Shown: positions 24,879 to 38,506, numbered from the stretch's first letter. The stretch is DNA of 64,000 nt from Adineta vaga (GCA_021613535.1 CP075493.1:806001-870000); one strand, 5' to 3'. The notes: generated by a model from the letters alone, not told the origin. Numbers and translations are program-made.

Positions 24879-25822
24879 CATAGGGCAGTCAATAAGTTCT
24901 CGGAATTTCAAATATTTATTCGTAGAAAAAACATTTCGCTAGCATTTTTATAGTAAATATTTGAAGTAGTCTCCACGATGTTCTATAGAAAGTTTCATCG
25001 TTTGAATCCACTTCTAGATTGCCGTTTGGTATTCTTGAATACGTATGGAATTATAAGTTCCGTGGTTATTAACTTAGTTAAACTTGTAGCGTCTGAATTT
25101 CTATCAGAAGCGCATTTGAAATAACTGAATAAGCAAGACCACAAAGGAACAAGATAAGACCTGTATGATAAATAAATGAAAAGTTTGAATTTTCTTTGTA
25201 AGGATAATCAAGATCAGAAATAATATCATGCACACACTTTTCTGCATTTTAAAAATGCATATTTTGTACCACGTTTTTCGAGGATGAAATTTTCTTGTGT
25301 AAATTTTTAACTAAACGTTTTGAGCATTCACGCTGGTAACACATTTATTTACAAGGTCTGTAATGATGACCGTATAGCACTAGTGATAAGCAGATTATCT
25401 ATCTCCAAGTCGTTAACAGGATGAATATTTTGTTGAATGATGACGGTTATTGAATAGTCAATTTCAAGATCATCTTTTAGCGACTCCTGCCCATCTGAAA
25501 ATCTATGAATTCGAGGAGTTAGTATACTATATGAAGTAACATCTTATTCGCAAACAGTAGCTAATCCGTCATGAATTTCTGTAATACTTCAAGCTAATAA
25601 CAAATGAGTTTTTATATAGGACTGATTTACAATTTATCCATGCTAAAATAGAGGTATGAAAAAATTTCATTACGGCTTGTCCTAATTGAAGGCTTTCGAA
25701 ACATCGTCTTGACATTTCAATACACAATATATATTGCTACTAGAAAAGAACAACATGCAAGATAAAACTAATCAGGAAAAAATTTGAAGTGGATCTTACG
25801 AGAACTTATTGACTACCCTATG
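24879..25822 (-). mobile_element. Decayed, internally deleted mariner element (944 bp)
   Basis: TA|CATAGGGCAGTCAATAAGTTCTCG ... CGAGAACTTATTGACTACCCTATG|TA. A minus-strand remnant IEHRGDYFKYLL* resembles a mariner transposase C-terminus. Confidence 0.82.
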
Positions 25823-27711
25823 TAATTCTGCTTGAAAACAAATCTTTTGCGTGGTGCTAAATACATTTTATTTACTTTCACAGTGCATGTGAAAAACTAT
25901 ATTGAATACATTCGCTCATATTTTTACATTATTATGCGTCTTCTTCTTTTCTTCATAATAACCGAGGTAATATTTATTTGAATGCACGTTGAGAGTGTTA
26001 ACTGATTTTTATTTCTATTTAAAATAAAGAATGAAGATAATCTTTTTTAAAGCTTCAACGTAATAAAAAAAATAATTATTAGATAAACAACAGGTATTAA
26101 GCAAAAAATATTTTGTGATATAGAATTACTATTATGTTGTAAAACAATGCGATCACAATTCAGTAAATTGTCAAAATAGTAATCATTATAGTATTCACGA
26201 AATTATTTCTTATTTATAAGCGAATCATTAAGTAGAAAAATTGTCTTTTAACTCACATTATAATTATCCTCAGATTAACCTTTATGTTTGATGTTCATTT
26301 GTGATGACGTATATACCTTTTATAATGCGTGTTATTGCACATAATATATTTTACTTTTAAGTAAATATAAAAAGTATTGTTAATTTTTACGAAATATAGA
26401 GTTTTGATTGATGCTATAGTTTATTAGTAAAATTCTTTTCTTGCGTGCAACAACAAAAAGTTGACTTTCATAAGAGTAGATCAAACATAAAACGTATATT
26501 ATATACAAGTAACGCACACATTGCTGCTGACTCTCTAATGAAAGGATATAAAAATGGTGATCGTGAATCTTAAGATAAAATGAAATTTCTCTCTTCTTCA
26601 GAAACGTTTTGCTTTCAATCAATTTAATTACTGTAAGCTTCTCAGGTTATTCGCTCCCTTCGGTCAGTCATTTATGATTAGTCGTTTCAATCGACACCAC
26701 CACTATACCAATCATCACCCGTTCATTCTCAAAGTGAATAAATAGTTTTCCTTTCATTTTTACCATATCATTTTGCGTTATTGTAATTCCAGAAAACAAA
26801 ATTGTAAACAAGAAATACTATCCAAAGACTTGCTATAAATACAATATATTCGTTTAACCTTCGGTCAATTCTTATTACATATAAATAATATATAGAAGAA
26901 TAAATGTAAGTTTGAGCAAACGTGACTAGCTTATTCTGCGTATACCCTATCCTTTCAGTCGAGGAATTTATAAATCTACATTGAATCAAAATCAAAAATA
27001 ACTGTTAACGATACATGAGTTGATGAAATAAAATAAAAAAAGGAAAAAAATGATGGAACTAATGTCATTTGCAAGTATTAACGTGATTAGTACAAATTTC
27101 TAGATTATTAGTTACATCTTTTAAGTATAAAATTGAAATGTAAACTAATTTATGTATACTTCTTATTCTAAATCGATAATTATAAATTCATTGAATAACT
27201 TATTAACATTTGAGCTAATTCGAAAAATAAATATCTCATAGTCATTCTTGCTGCATCTATAGGTCAATAGAAAAGTTGTGGTATAAAATGACTTCGGACG
27301 ATAAATATATAAATAATATCAACACAATTCTTCAAACATAATTGACGACATGAAAATGAAATGTTTATTGAATATTTTATTCATTTGATCAATTAAATTC
27401 TCGTTTAAACAGATCAATTCGAACTATTTCATTTTATATATTAATTTTGATAAATTTTGTTAAATAGTATTGATAGAACTACTTGTACTTATTTTATACG
27501 TCAAAACATCAATATTGATGTCATTCTGACACTTTTTTTAAGAACATGTTTTCAACAAATTTATTTATGCAAATAACATGTTATTATAAGTGCATAAGAA
27601 AGGAGTCATCTACCATGATAATCGTTGAGAACATTGTTATATATGGTTCTATTTTTAATATACGAACAACATTTAAAATACAATAGATAAAAAAAAGAAG
27701 GATCATATTTG

Positions 27712-28734
27712 TTAATGAACATTCATGACTGTTTGAGTTGCTCTTTTTTGTGTAGTATGATTTGTCACTAAAGATATAGGAACAATAACTTGTCTTTGTT
27801 TTCGACAGAAAAAAAGTTTATTTAATTTTTTTCCAAGTTCAGGCATTGATCCACAACAAACATATGGAAAAAGAAATATAATATAATTTGCAAAAAATGC
27901 ACTATGATAAAATAATACTAATATATCATTTGTTCCTAAACCAATGAATATAGTAAATTGTAATAATGTTCGTGGAACCATAAATATGAAATAAAGAATT
28001 GATATTGATAATAATTGAATTGTCATTTTTCGTTGTTTTCGCCATTCAATTGATCGATTTAAACGAGATTTTTGCCAAATAATACGTAAAAAAAGAGCAA
28101 GACTTAAAATAATGATAAGAAATGTTGGAATAAATTGATGACTAATTGTATCATATCGATAAAATATTGGATCAAATATAACACAAGATATAGGTACACC
28201 ATTGAATGGTGATGATAGAAGAAATTCTGTACAAAATGGAAATACAATAAATCCAAAATAATATGTTGTACAATAAATCATAAGTATTATTAAAGGAAGA
28301 TAATGAACTAAGAATCGTTTCTTTTTTGTTGATAACCAATGATTATGAAATATAAGAATATGTCGTTCAATTGAAGCCCAAGCAAAACCTACTAATTGCG
28401 TTGAATAACATAAATAATCAATAAATGTCCAAAAATGAGCAATGTTAAATGTTAATATCCAAGTATCACCAAATTGATACCAATAAAGCATTAATGGAAC
28501 ACTTGTTAATTCATAAATTAAACCAATAAGAAGAAGAATAATTATAATATGATTATTTAAAGCTTGACGAAGTGTTCGATCAAATAAAAGATGAAATAAA
28601 ACAAAAAATGAACATAATATTGATAAAATATTTGGTATAAGATAAATCCAAAATCGAGTAGAAACAGAAATACGTAATTCATATGGATTACCAAGATCTT
28701 TTCCATTAAAAATATTGTATGAATTAGACATCAT
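27712..28734 (-). CDS. Rhodopsin-like 7TM GPCR (ERHILIFH subfamily)
   Basis: LRQALNNH, WASIERHILIFH and WRKQRKMTIQL motifs. Probable start MMSNS at 28734. Paralogue of 62137-63075. Confidence 0.85.
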   Translation of the reverse strand: MMSNSYNIFNGKDLGNPYELRISVSTRFWIYLIPNILSILCSFFVLFHLLFDRTLRQALNNHIIIILLLIGLIYELTSVPLMLYWYQFGDTWILTFNIAHFWTFIDYLCYSTQLVGFAWASIERHILIFHNHWLSTKKKRFLVHYLPLIILMIYCTTYYFGFIVFPFCTEFLLSSPFNGVPISCVIFDPIFYRYDTISHQFIPTFLIIILSLALFLRIIWQKSRLNRSIEWRKQRKMTIQLLSISILYFIFMVPRTLLQFTIFIGLGTNDILVLFYHSAFFANYIIFLFPYVCCGSMPELGKKLNKLFFCRKQRQVIVPISLVTNHTTQKRATQTVMNVH

Positions 28735-29695
28735 TAAGAGAAATGAAAATGTTTTTCTATAACTAAATGAACACTTATCTAATATTATATATTTATATAT
28801 AAAGAGAAAATAATACATTCTTTTTGCTTCATTTACTCAAGAGAGTTTTATTTTTATGACAAGAATTTAATGTCATATTCTTTACAGAAGCATATGTAAT
28901 TTGTTTACATCAGATTTGTATTTCTTTTTCGTGCCTTGATTGAAATATATTATTTTATTGATCATTTTACGAAAAATATAATCTTTTGGAGACGGCTGGA
29001 TTCTTTTCAAATTATCCATAATTCTTTCTGCTAAAGTACAATAAGAGGGTTTGAGCGTGGAAGAATAAGAGAGACCCTTTCCTAGACGAATATTCACACC
29101 CCATCTCACACGCCCTTCATCATTTATACGTGAATACTAACAGAAATGGTAAGTATTTTTTTTATAAAAGACTAAAAATGTTTGAATAAAATTTATTGTT
29201 TAGAATGTAGATTTTGACACTGAAAGTGAAGTCAAAGAGATTGAATCTTTATCGAAACGTCTTTTACTTCAGTATTATGCTTGTCCGGCGTTTTTCTTTG
29301 ATCAATTTACAGATGCTTGTCAAACAGCTTTCACTACAAAACATTCTCAAGAGGTTTACTTACAATCTATCTAATAGAACAATATATTATATTTTTGCTA
29401 TTTTTTTTAGCGCCGTCGTCTAGTACTTATTTACATATATCATGCGAAAAATGTATTTAAGAATATATTTTGTCGTACAATATTTAGTTCAGAAATCTCC
29501 ATTAAATATTTTTTGGAAAATTATATTGTCTGACGATGAGATATAACTATTGAATCGAATAAAGACAGACATAATATTTATTCATAATAAAATCCGCTTT
29601 GCATTAGATAATAAAAGATGTGAGAAGAAATCTTTCTTCGAATATGTGTTCAATGTTATTTGAAATGACATGTCATTTCTCAAGCGAAAATCCTG

Positions 29696-30750
29696 TTTTT
29701 TGTGTACTCAAAAAGTGAGTACACTACTAGAATCGGTCAGTGTGTCCGGCCGTCCGTTCGTTTACACGATAACTCACCACAACTACATTCGATTGAGCTG
29801 AAATTTTGTACACAGAATTATCTCATCAATATCTCGGTCGAGTTCGAAGATGAGCTCAATCGGTTCTACCATTGTTGACTTACAGAAAAATTTTCCAATA
29901 TCTCTACATATAAAGTAGTATGTTTGTCTGCCTGTTCGCTAGCCATTCAGTCCCTGTAATAGCTAAGATCACCAAACTTTCCATGTTGCTTTCCTAGTTG
30001 TAGAAAAAAGGTCACAATGTGGCTAGCATCATCAGAGTGAGTATGAGGAATCAGTAAAAAGACGTCCCACGCTTATATTTGTCCCTGGTTTGCACTTTGT
30101 CCTTATGCTGTATTCTATTCTTATAATCCTTTGTTCTTTTCTCTTTCGAAAGGGTATATAAGTGATTATTTTGTATGAGAACGAGACGATATATGATATG
30201 AAGAAATAAAGGAAAGCATAGCTCCATCAGCGCTAAAGTCTGTTTTATCAAAAATCATCACAGTACGGGTCAGCAGGGAGACCTTGGTGATTTTCAGCCA
30301 AGTCTTCTTTGTTTTATTTCACTTTATCAAAGTCATTCTCGGTGTGTTAATTGGTGAAAAATGTAGAAATTCATTCAAAACATAATTTCTTTGAATTTGA
30401 AGGTCTCAGATGAACATAATCCAGGTATCAACAATATGGTATTGATAACAGATTCAGAATCTTGTACTTTATCAAGTGTACGGAAAAAGTGAGCGCATAA
30501 ATAGAATCCATCGATGTATCCGCCCATCGGTTCGTTTACATGATAACTCTCGAAAGACTAATCCGATTATGATAAAATTTGCTAGAGTATTGTCACATCA
30601 ATATCTCGCTCGAGTTCGAAGATGAGTCTTATTGGCCAAGTCATTGGTGAGTTATTGAAAAAATAATGATATTTCCCTATATCTTCTATCTCATGCACTT
30701 TTTCCAGTACACATAAGTTTCGGATAAAATCCGAAGTTTCCGCATTTATT
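29696..30750 (+). mobile_element. HINE/DINE-1-like element, copy B
   Basis: In order: T-run, 5' subTIR with hairpin TGTGTACTCAAAAAGTGAGTACAC, GTCC-like micro-repeat, a diverged internal duplicate of the core (29755-29860 versus 30530-30630), 3' subTIR CACTTTTTCCAGTACACA, stem-loop TTCGGAT-AAA-ATCCGAA (30719-30735), then TT. Confidence 0.78.
29901..30276 (+). mobile_element. Possible non-autonomous Helitron nested within HINE copy B
   Basis: Starts A|TCTCTACATATAAAGTAGTATGTTTGTCTGCCTG, a Helitron-like 5' end. Ends CAGTACGGGTCAGCAG, a degenerate CTAG-type end. Not present in copy A. Confidence 0.35.
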
Positions 30751-31188
30751 CTCAAAGTAAATGGAAAGAAGCTTTATATTATATGAAAAAAGCATACGAT
30801 ATTGATTCAAAAAACTTCAATTCAAATAGTCGAAAAATCATTGAAACTTTGGAATGGATAGCGAGTGTTGAGAAAGAGATTTATATCATAGAGAACGGAA
30901 GAGGTGAAGAAACAAAAGTTTGAGTAATGAAAATACTTCATATAATTAAAGAGAATTATGTTACAGAAGCTATGAATATAATTCTTCAATTCTATGATAT
31001 TTCTATATTGGCAAAAGAAAAAAAACTATATAATAAAAACGTCGCAAGACACTGAGTCATGCGCTTGTTTTGAGAGTATGTTGAATTATATTCATTGTAA
31101 TTGCTCAAGACTTATGGAAATGGTGAAAACAGCGAATAGCATCGATAGAGAAGAACCAGTCAATTTATTTATTTATAAGTAACATATT

Positions 31189-31977
31189 ATGCGACGAGAT
31201 GGCAAGTATGGCAGCAATAAAACGATTCGATTTTGTACAAAATGCTCACGAGACTCATCGCACAGTGAATCATCATGCAACATTTCGTTAGACAAAGGAA
31301 ATCGTTGGAAATTGATCGATTTATTGAAAAAATTCAGTCAATCACCAGATGGCACTAATAAAAAGATCATTCGCCATAATTATAATTTCTATCAGTATAA
31401 TGGTTATCATTTTTCTGCACGACGTGAATCAAAGCCACCAAAACATATGAGCTTTCCAAAAAGACCAGATTTTGTCTATCAACCTCATGTGAAATGTCTT
31501 AAAATTAATCATGACATTTTCAACTGGGCTCTTCAAAATGGATCACGGTTTTTCAGAGACAAAACCAATTTAGAACGCATACTTGATATTCATTCACCAG
31601 ATATTCCCGTAACGATAATCTATTTTATGGATGGTTCTCAGCATTGTTTCCCTCTTGATTGGCGTAATGCATATAGACATGCATTTGGAGGTTACTTCGC
31701 CGATTATAACATGCTCTGTACAGGTGATTATTGCCCTTTTGGGCCGAAAATTCGTGGATTGATGTCAAAAGAAACACGAATTGATGAAGTATTATTTCTG
31801 TGCATAGATAAAGAACACCAAGGACGAAAGGGTTGTTGTCATAATGTTGCTTGGAGATGTGTAACACGCGCCACTCAGCATGGTTACAAAGAAGGACGAC
31901 ATCGCATAAAAACTCAACGACGTGAAGGAAATAGACTGACTAAAGAAGCAATTTCAACTAGAGCTTCGTTTCAATGA
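31189..31977 (+). CDS. Hypothetical basic, Cys/His-rich protein (262 aa), intronless
   Basis: ATG-initiated ORF, less AT-rich than its flanks, with AATAAA ~60 bp downstream. No confident family. Confidence 0.6.
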   Translation: MRRDGKYGSNKTIRFCTKCSRDSSHSESSCNISLDKGNRWKLIDLLKKFSQSPDGTNKKIIRHNYNFYQYNGYHFSARRESKPPKHMSFPKRPDFVYQPHVKCLKINHDIFNWALQNGSRFFRDKTNLERILDIHSPDIPVTIIYFMDGSQHCFPLDWRNAYRHAFGGYFADYNMLCTGDYCPFGPKIRGLMSKETRIDEVLFLCIDKEHQGRKGCCHNVAWRCVTRATQHGYKEGRHRIKTQRREGNRLTKEAISTRASFQ

Positions 31978-32332
31978 AACTTTTTGTCGATAGATGTGTT
32001 CGCATTGAACAATCATATATTGCTGTTTTTTCTTAAATAAAAAATAGTATAATGTTCATTTTCAAATGTTTTTCACTAAATAAAGAATATATGATGATCT
32101 TAGGTGTGGGAGTGGGTGCAATACAAAAGAGAAGATGAATCTATAACCTCATCTTCAAGATTCACAAGTTTTTTCGTACTTATTTAGATGTATCTAAGTG
32201 AATATATATATATATGTCCTGATGGTGGATTTATAATATCATATTTTGCTTCTATTTATGCACAATTTTCATCAAAATGAGGTTTTTTTAAAGCGAGATA
32301 TACAGAAAAACCATTTTATTATAAAACTAGTG

Positions 32333-32682
32333 TCATTTAGTATCTGTATCATTACAACAGATATACGTGTTCAGCAAAATAATTATTTCATTGTTGAATT
32401 TATATACGACAGCAAGATTCAACATGTTATCATGATTAAAGTCTTCAACAACAACAACATACTGTGGACCAATCATTAGTGCAACTGAATAACGTTGTTG
32501 TATTCTAAAACTTCCATGATTATCTCCAAGTAATATATCCATAGTGAATGACCCACGATTAACAAACGCAAGATCCGCATATCCATTTTCGTCAAAATCA
32601 CCCGTCGCCATATGCAATGTAAAATACTTGTTTGTAATCGGGTACGCTGAAAACACTTGAAATGTCACCGGACAAAGAATTC
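32333..32682 (-). CDS. Terminal exon or fragment of an FG-GAP/VCBS-repeat protein
   Basis: ATGDFDENGYADLAFVN and EDFNHDNMLNLAVV repeats. Splice acceptor ttcccag ends at 32683. Upstream exon not found. Confidence 0.65.
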
Positions 32683-33250
32683 CTGGGAAGATAAAAATTA
32701 AAAAGGTTTATTCTACTCCTTGAATATTATGAAAACGATTCTATTGCATAAAAGTTAAATGCTTATATGTGTAAGAACTGTATGATTTTGATCGATGCTT
32801 GAAAAGAACTAGCACTAGTTTTTAGAATTGTTAGTTATCATCGTTTTCAATAACTATTTGAATGTCAAGTATTTTACAAGAATAATAATGGAAATTCTTA
32901 TGTACCATGTTACATTTATTATAATGTAAAAATTTGAAGATCAAATAAGCAAACATGTGATTAATGAATATTCTATGAAGCGAAATAAACAGAAGTTTTT
33001 TGATTGTCATTATTTCATTTTCTTAAAAGACATATAGAGTATTTTTATAATTGACAATAGAAAAACGAATTATTGTTTAAAAATCTGCTTGCTTTCATGG
33101 AGTGAGTATGGATATCTATAAGCTCGATTATCATCCAAAACCATCTTGAATGTGCACTTACATCCGTTTCTATTGAATTCAGCATCAAAATAGTTCATCT
33201 ATGATATCATTTTCATGGATTTTATTAGAAAAAACGATATATCAAATAAT

Positions 33251-33877
33251 TTATGGATGAGAAAAACATAATGTCATTGTTCCATTTCCTTTACATCCAA
33301 TACTTGCTGTTCCATACCAAGCACCAGTAATACCCACAATAAATTTACCAGTTCCAGCACTCCAATCCTTAAGTGAACCTGCATTTCGATATTGTACAGT
33401 CGAATCTTGATCAAGATCATAACGACCAAAAGCAGAATTCTTTGTACGTCCACTTGTTGGAATAATTCGACCATCCATTGGAAATATATCTAATGACCAA
33501 GTACAACCTACATTTGGTGGATTAATAGTTATATTAAGAGATATAATTGCTTCTGGTATAATAAGAGTAGCATCAATTGTATAAAGAGTAAAATTTTGTA
33601 ATAGTTCTTCTGCTTTTACATATACTACAGATTGATTTATACACGGATTTAATACACTAACTGGAATATTAATAGAAGAAGATGATATAAATGTTTCTTG
33701 TTGTTTTCTTGTTGATACATAAATAATAACCGTAATTAAAGTTGAAAGTAAAAATCCTATTGCGACTACTAAACTAGTTCGTAGAATTAATTTATTTCGA
33801 CGTTGTTCTTGTCTTTGTCCATCAATATTAATTGTTGACGACGATTGACAACCAATACCTATATTAGTAGAATTCAT
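33251..33877 (-). CDS. Type II single-pass membrane protein with a small beta-rich ectodomain
   Basis: Short cytoplasmic N-terminus, TM LVVAIGFLLSTLITVIIYV, then a ~130-aa domain containing Cys residues and N-glycosylation sequons. Confidence 0.65.
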   Translation of the reverse strand: MNSTNIGIGCQSSSTINIDGQRQEQRRNKLILRTSLVVAIGFLLSTLITVIIYVSTRKQQETFISSSSINIPVSVLNPCINQSVVYVKAEELLQNFTLYTIDATLIIPEAIISLNITINPPNVGCTWSLDIFPMDGRIIPTSGRTKNSAFGRYDLDQDSTVQYRNAGSLKDWSAGTGKFIVGITGAWYGTASIGCKGNGTMTLCFSHP

Positions 33878-34551
33878 TTTCAAAGTAAATATTTACACTG
33901 ATAAATATGTTCTCTTTTTCATATTTTATGATCAATGAAGCATATCTTGTGATGCGTCACTTCTCTTTTCTCATTTAAATTTACCTTAAAATGAGAAGAA
34001 CGAAAAGTACTTTTTTTCACATGTCGAGCATTGTTTTCATGAGAAATTTTGATGAAATCGCACATTCATTCTTCCATTGATATTTCAACAGTTCGTTTAC
34101 CAATAAAAAAATTATGAAACAAATATTCATATTCAATATTTAATAACAGCGGATTGTTTAATTCTGATTACAGATTATTTATTACTCAAAACATTTGTTA
34201 TTTAAAAGTAATTAAAATACAGAAAAGAATTTATTCAGAAGATCATCTAAACATTATTCAAACAAAATCAATGATTGAAACGATTATTATAGTTGATAAC
34301 TGAACGTTTTTAACAAAATGTCTTAAGAAAAATCACGTATGTCGAAGAAAATCGATGTCGATTGCTAAGATTAGTCTGATGTATTAAGGATAGGTGAGGA
34401 ATAAGAGAGAGATCTTATCCCTTACATTCTCTTCGCCTAGGGTTCGCGTAATTAAAATGAAAAGTGTAATTCAGGTTTCCCATACCGTATTGAATCATCA
34501 AGATTTTTTTAATTAAATAATTTATATCAAAATACAATATGACATCTTTTG

Positions 34552-35571
34552 TTAATTATGTGTTTGGTTTCGAAATATGATTCTTTCTTGTGTCGGATGG
34601 ATCAATGCAGCAACTTGAGTTCTTCTACGCCAAAAATATACATGATCTATTACTGCTCGACGAAAACGACTTGATGAGATCAGAAATGTATAACAACTTC
34701 CCTTAAAAAAAAAAGAATTAAATTAAAATAAAATAATTTTAAAAGTAAAAAGTTAATAACATACGACAAAATAAACATAAGTTAAAAGTGAAATAATCGT
34801 AAATGAAAATGATTCTTTGATTATTCTATCTGTATCTTTATATATTCCAGTTGTAATTAAATTATAAGTTACTTGAATAGCATATGGAGTTATTGTTGTA
34901 ATAACAAGTATTACTTGAATCAATGTCATTCGTGTTATTTGTCGATCAGCTGATTGTCGAATAAGAATTCTTCTCAAATTTATATGACGATAAGTTAAAT
35001 ATCCAAATATACTCATAATTAGAACTGGTAAAGTACTAATTAAACTAAGACTATATAAAGATAGATAAAAATTATAAATATTATTAGTAATTAAACAAGT
35101 TGAAGTAATTGATGATATATCAAGATATATAAAACAAGGAATTGAATGTAAAATACATAGAAAAATTGTAATAAATACAATACGATATGTCCATTTAATA
35201 TTACTACAACGACGAAGATGAATATTTTGTGATGTAACAAAGAATTGATCAATTGTTGCTAAAGATGAACAAGTAAATGACATTAAACCAAAAATACCAA
35301 TAAGAGATAATCGCATTTTACACCAAATAATTGATGTACGAGTTAAATCAATTAGAAAACCTGTACTAACAATTCGAGAAATAAGATTAATTAAAATATA
35401 AATTATATTTGTTATTGAAATAATTAGAAAATAAAATGTCGAAGGTGTTTTACGATAAGTACGAACACTTAAAAAAATGAAAATATTCATTCCATTACCA
35501 ATTATACCAATTATTATAAATAATAAACCAAGATAGATTGTTACTTGTTGTCCTATGTATACTAATGACAT
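34552..35571 (-). CDS. Rhodopsin-like GPCR, 2 exons
   Basis: Exon 1 is 35571-34765 (GIIGNGMN, ATIDQF). Intron 34764-34702 is GT-AG. Exon 2 is 34701-34552 (GSCYTFLISSSRFR...). Confidence 0.85.
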
Positions 35572-36570
35572 TATACTCCAACGTGTTTGCTCTTTTGAAA
35601 GAAGCTTAAAAAAGAATGGCACTTTATTCAGATTTATATTGAAAAAAAGTACTTTCTAAAATAAGACAAAAAGTAAGCCTAAGGTTTCAATTGAATATTA
35701 ATCGATATAATTATGTATTCTAGTACTATTTTTATTATTTCCTCAAATGCTTTCTACAGTTTTTTACTTACAGCATTAAAGATAATGAATAATTTATTAT
35801 GAAATTGCGCAGAGAAAAAAAACCCAAATGCTTTGAATTAGAAGTGTTATTTTACTTTTTTCTTTCTCGTCGAGATGAGTCTTGTTTGTTTGTCTATTCG
35901 TACTTCCTTGTTTGATGTAAATATAAAAGGAATTATTTTTTTATGAAACTTAATTAATGAACAAATCTTCCAACTTTTAGTCAAATAAATGAATAATCCT
36001 GTTTTTACCAATGACATCATTCTAACATTGACATTGTAGTTTTAAAACGTATGTCAGAATCAGTGCTATCATATTTCGTGAAATTTGAGTTTTTATGACA
36101 CTTTAAAATTAACTTCACGACTTAAAATATTTCTTCAACAATAAGACCACAAAAAATAAATGTCGATAATACAGTACAAGAAAGATGTTATGACTTTATT
36201 CTTGTGTAATTTAAAAATTAATGAAATTGGGAGAAAAAATAATGAATTGAAGATTAAGTATGTTATGTCGTCCCTTTTTTGCAGATACAGTCGATATTTT
36301 CATTAATGTCCGGTTCTGACTATCAACCATACTATAATGGGTATGGATATTTAAATAGTAATGCTCTCACCCATACCCACACCCTCAAGATTGTTAAACG
36401 TCGTTTGATCATTTGTCTTCAATATACAACACTTTTATTATGTGTTGTTGAAGTCAATAAGAAGTTTAATAATAATCACTGATTCATTCATATCAATGAA
36501 AACATTTCTCAGAAGTTAAAAATAGATTTTTTTTTTCATTTCTTTTAAAGAAATATTACCATAATCCAAA

Positions 36571-38506
36571 TTACCACCATACAAATAATTCAGGATAGAT
36601 ATGAGCTGATTTATATTGGTGAGGTAAAGTTTTCAACATGACTAGCTCATTCAAATGATCAAAAAATTGTGTATCTGCATATGTCAATGATAAGAAGACT
36701 AAATCACGAGTGTTCTCATTGTTTTTATTCAGTAAAAACTGTAAGATTGATTCCACTTTGTTCCATAGTGTATCGATTGTAAGATGTTGCAAACGAGGAA
36801 ATAACATAACAAGTAATTTGACTTTCTCTAATGTACACCTTTGTCGACAAATCATATTTTTGATACTATTCGTCTTTGATACTGATTGAAATGTTTCACT
36901 TTGTTCGATACTTATCTTATTCTCCTCGTACAAAGACATTATTTGAAAAATTAATGTATGAAGATTTGGTATATAAGTTAGGAGTTCAATCAATTTTGAA
37001 AGAGGCAAATCATCACATTTGATAATCAAAGTTTGTAACTTTTGTAAATGTAAAATACGACCAAAACTAGTTGGAATCGATCGACAAGCATCTGCACAAA
37101 AATCATTTTTTATCGTGAGTTTTGTCGCATTTGGAAAATAATCGTTACATTTCTCCATGACTTTTTCATTCAGAATTTGAACATGATCAACTGACTTGAA
37201 AACGTTTCGAGTTTCATTTTCACAAATGATGTCGCTCAACCGATTACATACTGTATAATCTTTTCTTCTAGAAGACAAAACAAATATTTTCGATCTAATT
37301 GAACTGGAATAGATAAATACCTGCATGGATTTATTGAATAGAAAAATATTTCTTCTCCGTACTTTTTTTGCCTCAAACGACAATCGAAAAACCATTGTCG
37401 TTCAATCCAAAATGAAGACCGAAATCGATTAACTTGCTCGCCAAATGCAATATTTTCGTCATTACTAGAAAGAAACAATCTGAAAAACACATCAAAGATG
37501 CGTAGATTTGGTAAATGCATTGAAATTAATCGTTTCCATTCGTTAGCATCCAGAGTTCGTGTTATTGCTGAAATGTTTAAAATTTCAAGAAATAGAAAAT
37601 GATTGATAAAAAGTTCTTGTAACTCAATAAATGTTATAGTGTAATCTGACGTGAAAGAAACATGTGTCAAATTCTCCAAAGTATAGTAAGGTGGATTTGA
37701 TGAATTAGATCTAGAGGGTTGCGTTAGATCTACTTTCAAATGACGAAGATGAGGAACATATGATAGAAAACTATTCAACTGTTGTAAATTTATTTCATCG
37801 ACGATAATTAAATGTTCAATTAGACTGTAATCATTCGTGGTACATGGTGGTATATCTGCAGCATATAGATCCCATAATGACACTTTACAATATTTCAATG
37901 ACGGTAAACTAAATATCTTCTGATAGATAGAAGCTTCATACCAAAACTTGTCAATTGTTATGATAGTCAATAATGACAATTGTAATAATGATGTTAATTG
38001 ATCAAAAAGATTGTTCAAATACTTTGATTCGATATTTTCAAGGAAAAGTGATCGAAGAAATGTTTTATGCGATAATGCAAGTATGTCTTGATCAAACATG
38101 AAATAATTTTCAATTCTTAGAGTATGAATTCTTTGTGTATTAGGTATGATTATATCGTGATTGTAACGATTGAAACTTGTTTGAGACATCGGAAAGAGAT
38201 TGATCTTGAGTGGAAGAGTTGTTTGCATAAGAAGCGACCGAAATCGATAATTGAGATCAAAGAATCCTTTGTAAACATAATAATAATCGAGATATTCAAA
38301 TATCTCATAGATAAGTTCATTAGCAAGATGCTCAAATTGTGTGATACTTTTTGTTGAATCACTGACAAACAAAAGTAGAATTTCTATGGAATAATATAAA
38401 TTCATGTTACTCACAAATTCTTTGTCGTTGTTAATTGTTTTTTTTGGTCGTCTGCATTGTGCAAATCATCAAAACTATCAGTTCGACGACGTTTCGTTCC
38501 TTCCAT
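36571..38506 (-). CDS. F-box-like + LRR-like protein, 3 exons, ~609 aa, intact
   Basis: Exons 38506-38415, 38361-37321 and 37267-36571 join in frame (1830 nt). F-box-like FEHLANELIYEIFEYLD, followed by degenerate LxxL repeats. Confidence 0.82.

Larger units (their letters stand above)
29670..30923 (+). pseudogene. C-terminal TPR-like gene remnant interrupted by HINE copy B
   Basis: Joining the flanks reads QAKIL-(Y)SQSKWKEALYYMKKAYDIDSKNFNSNSRKIIETLEWIASVEKE...KV*. Confidence 0.5.
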
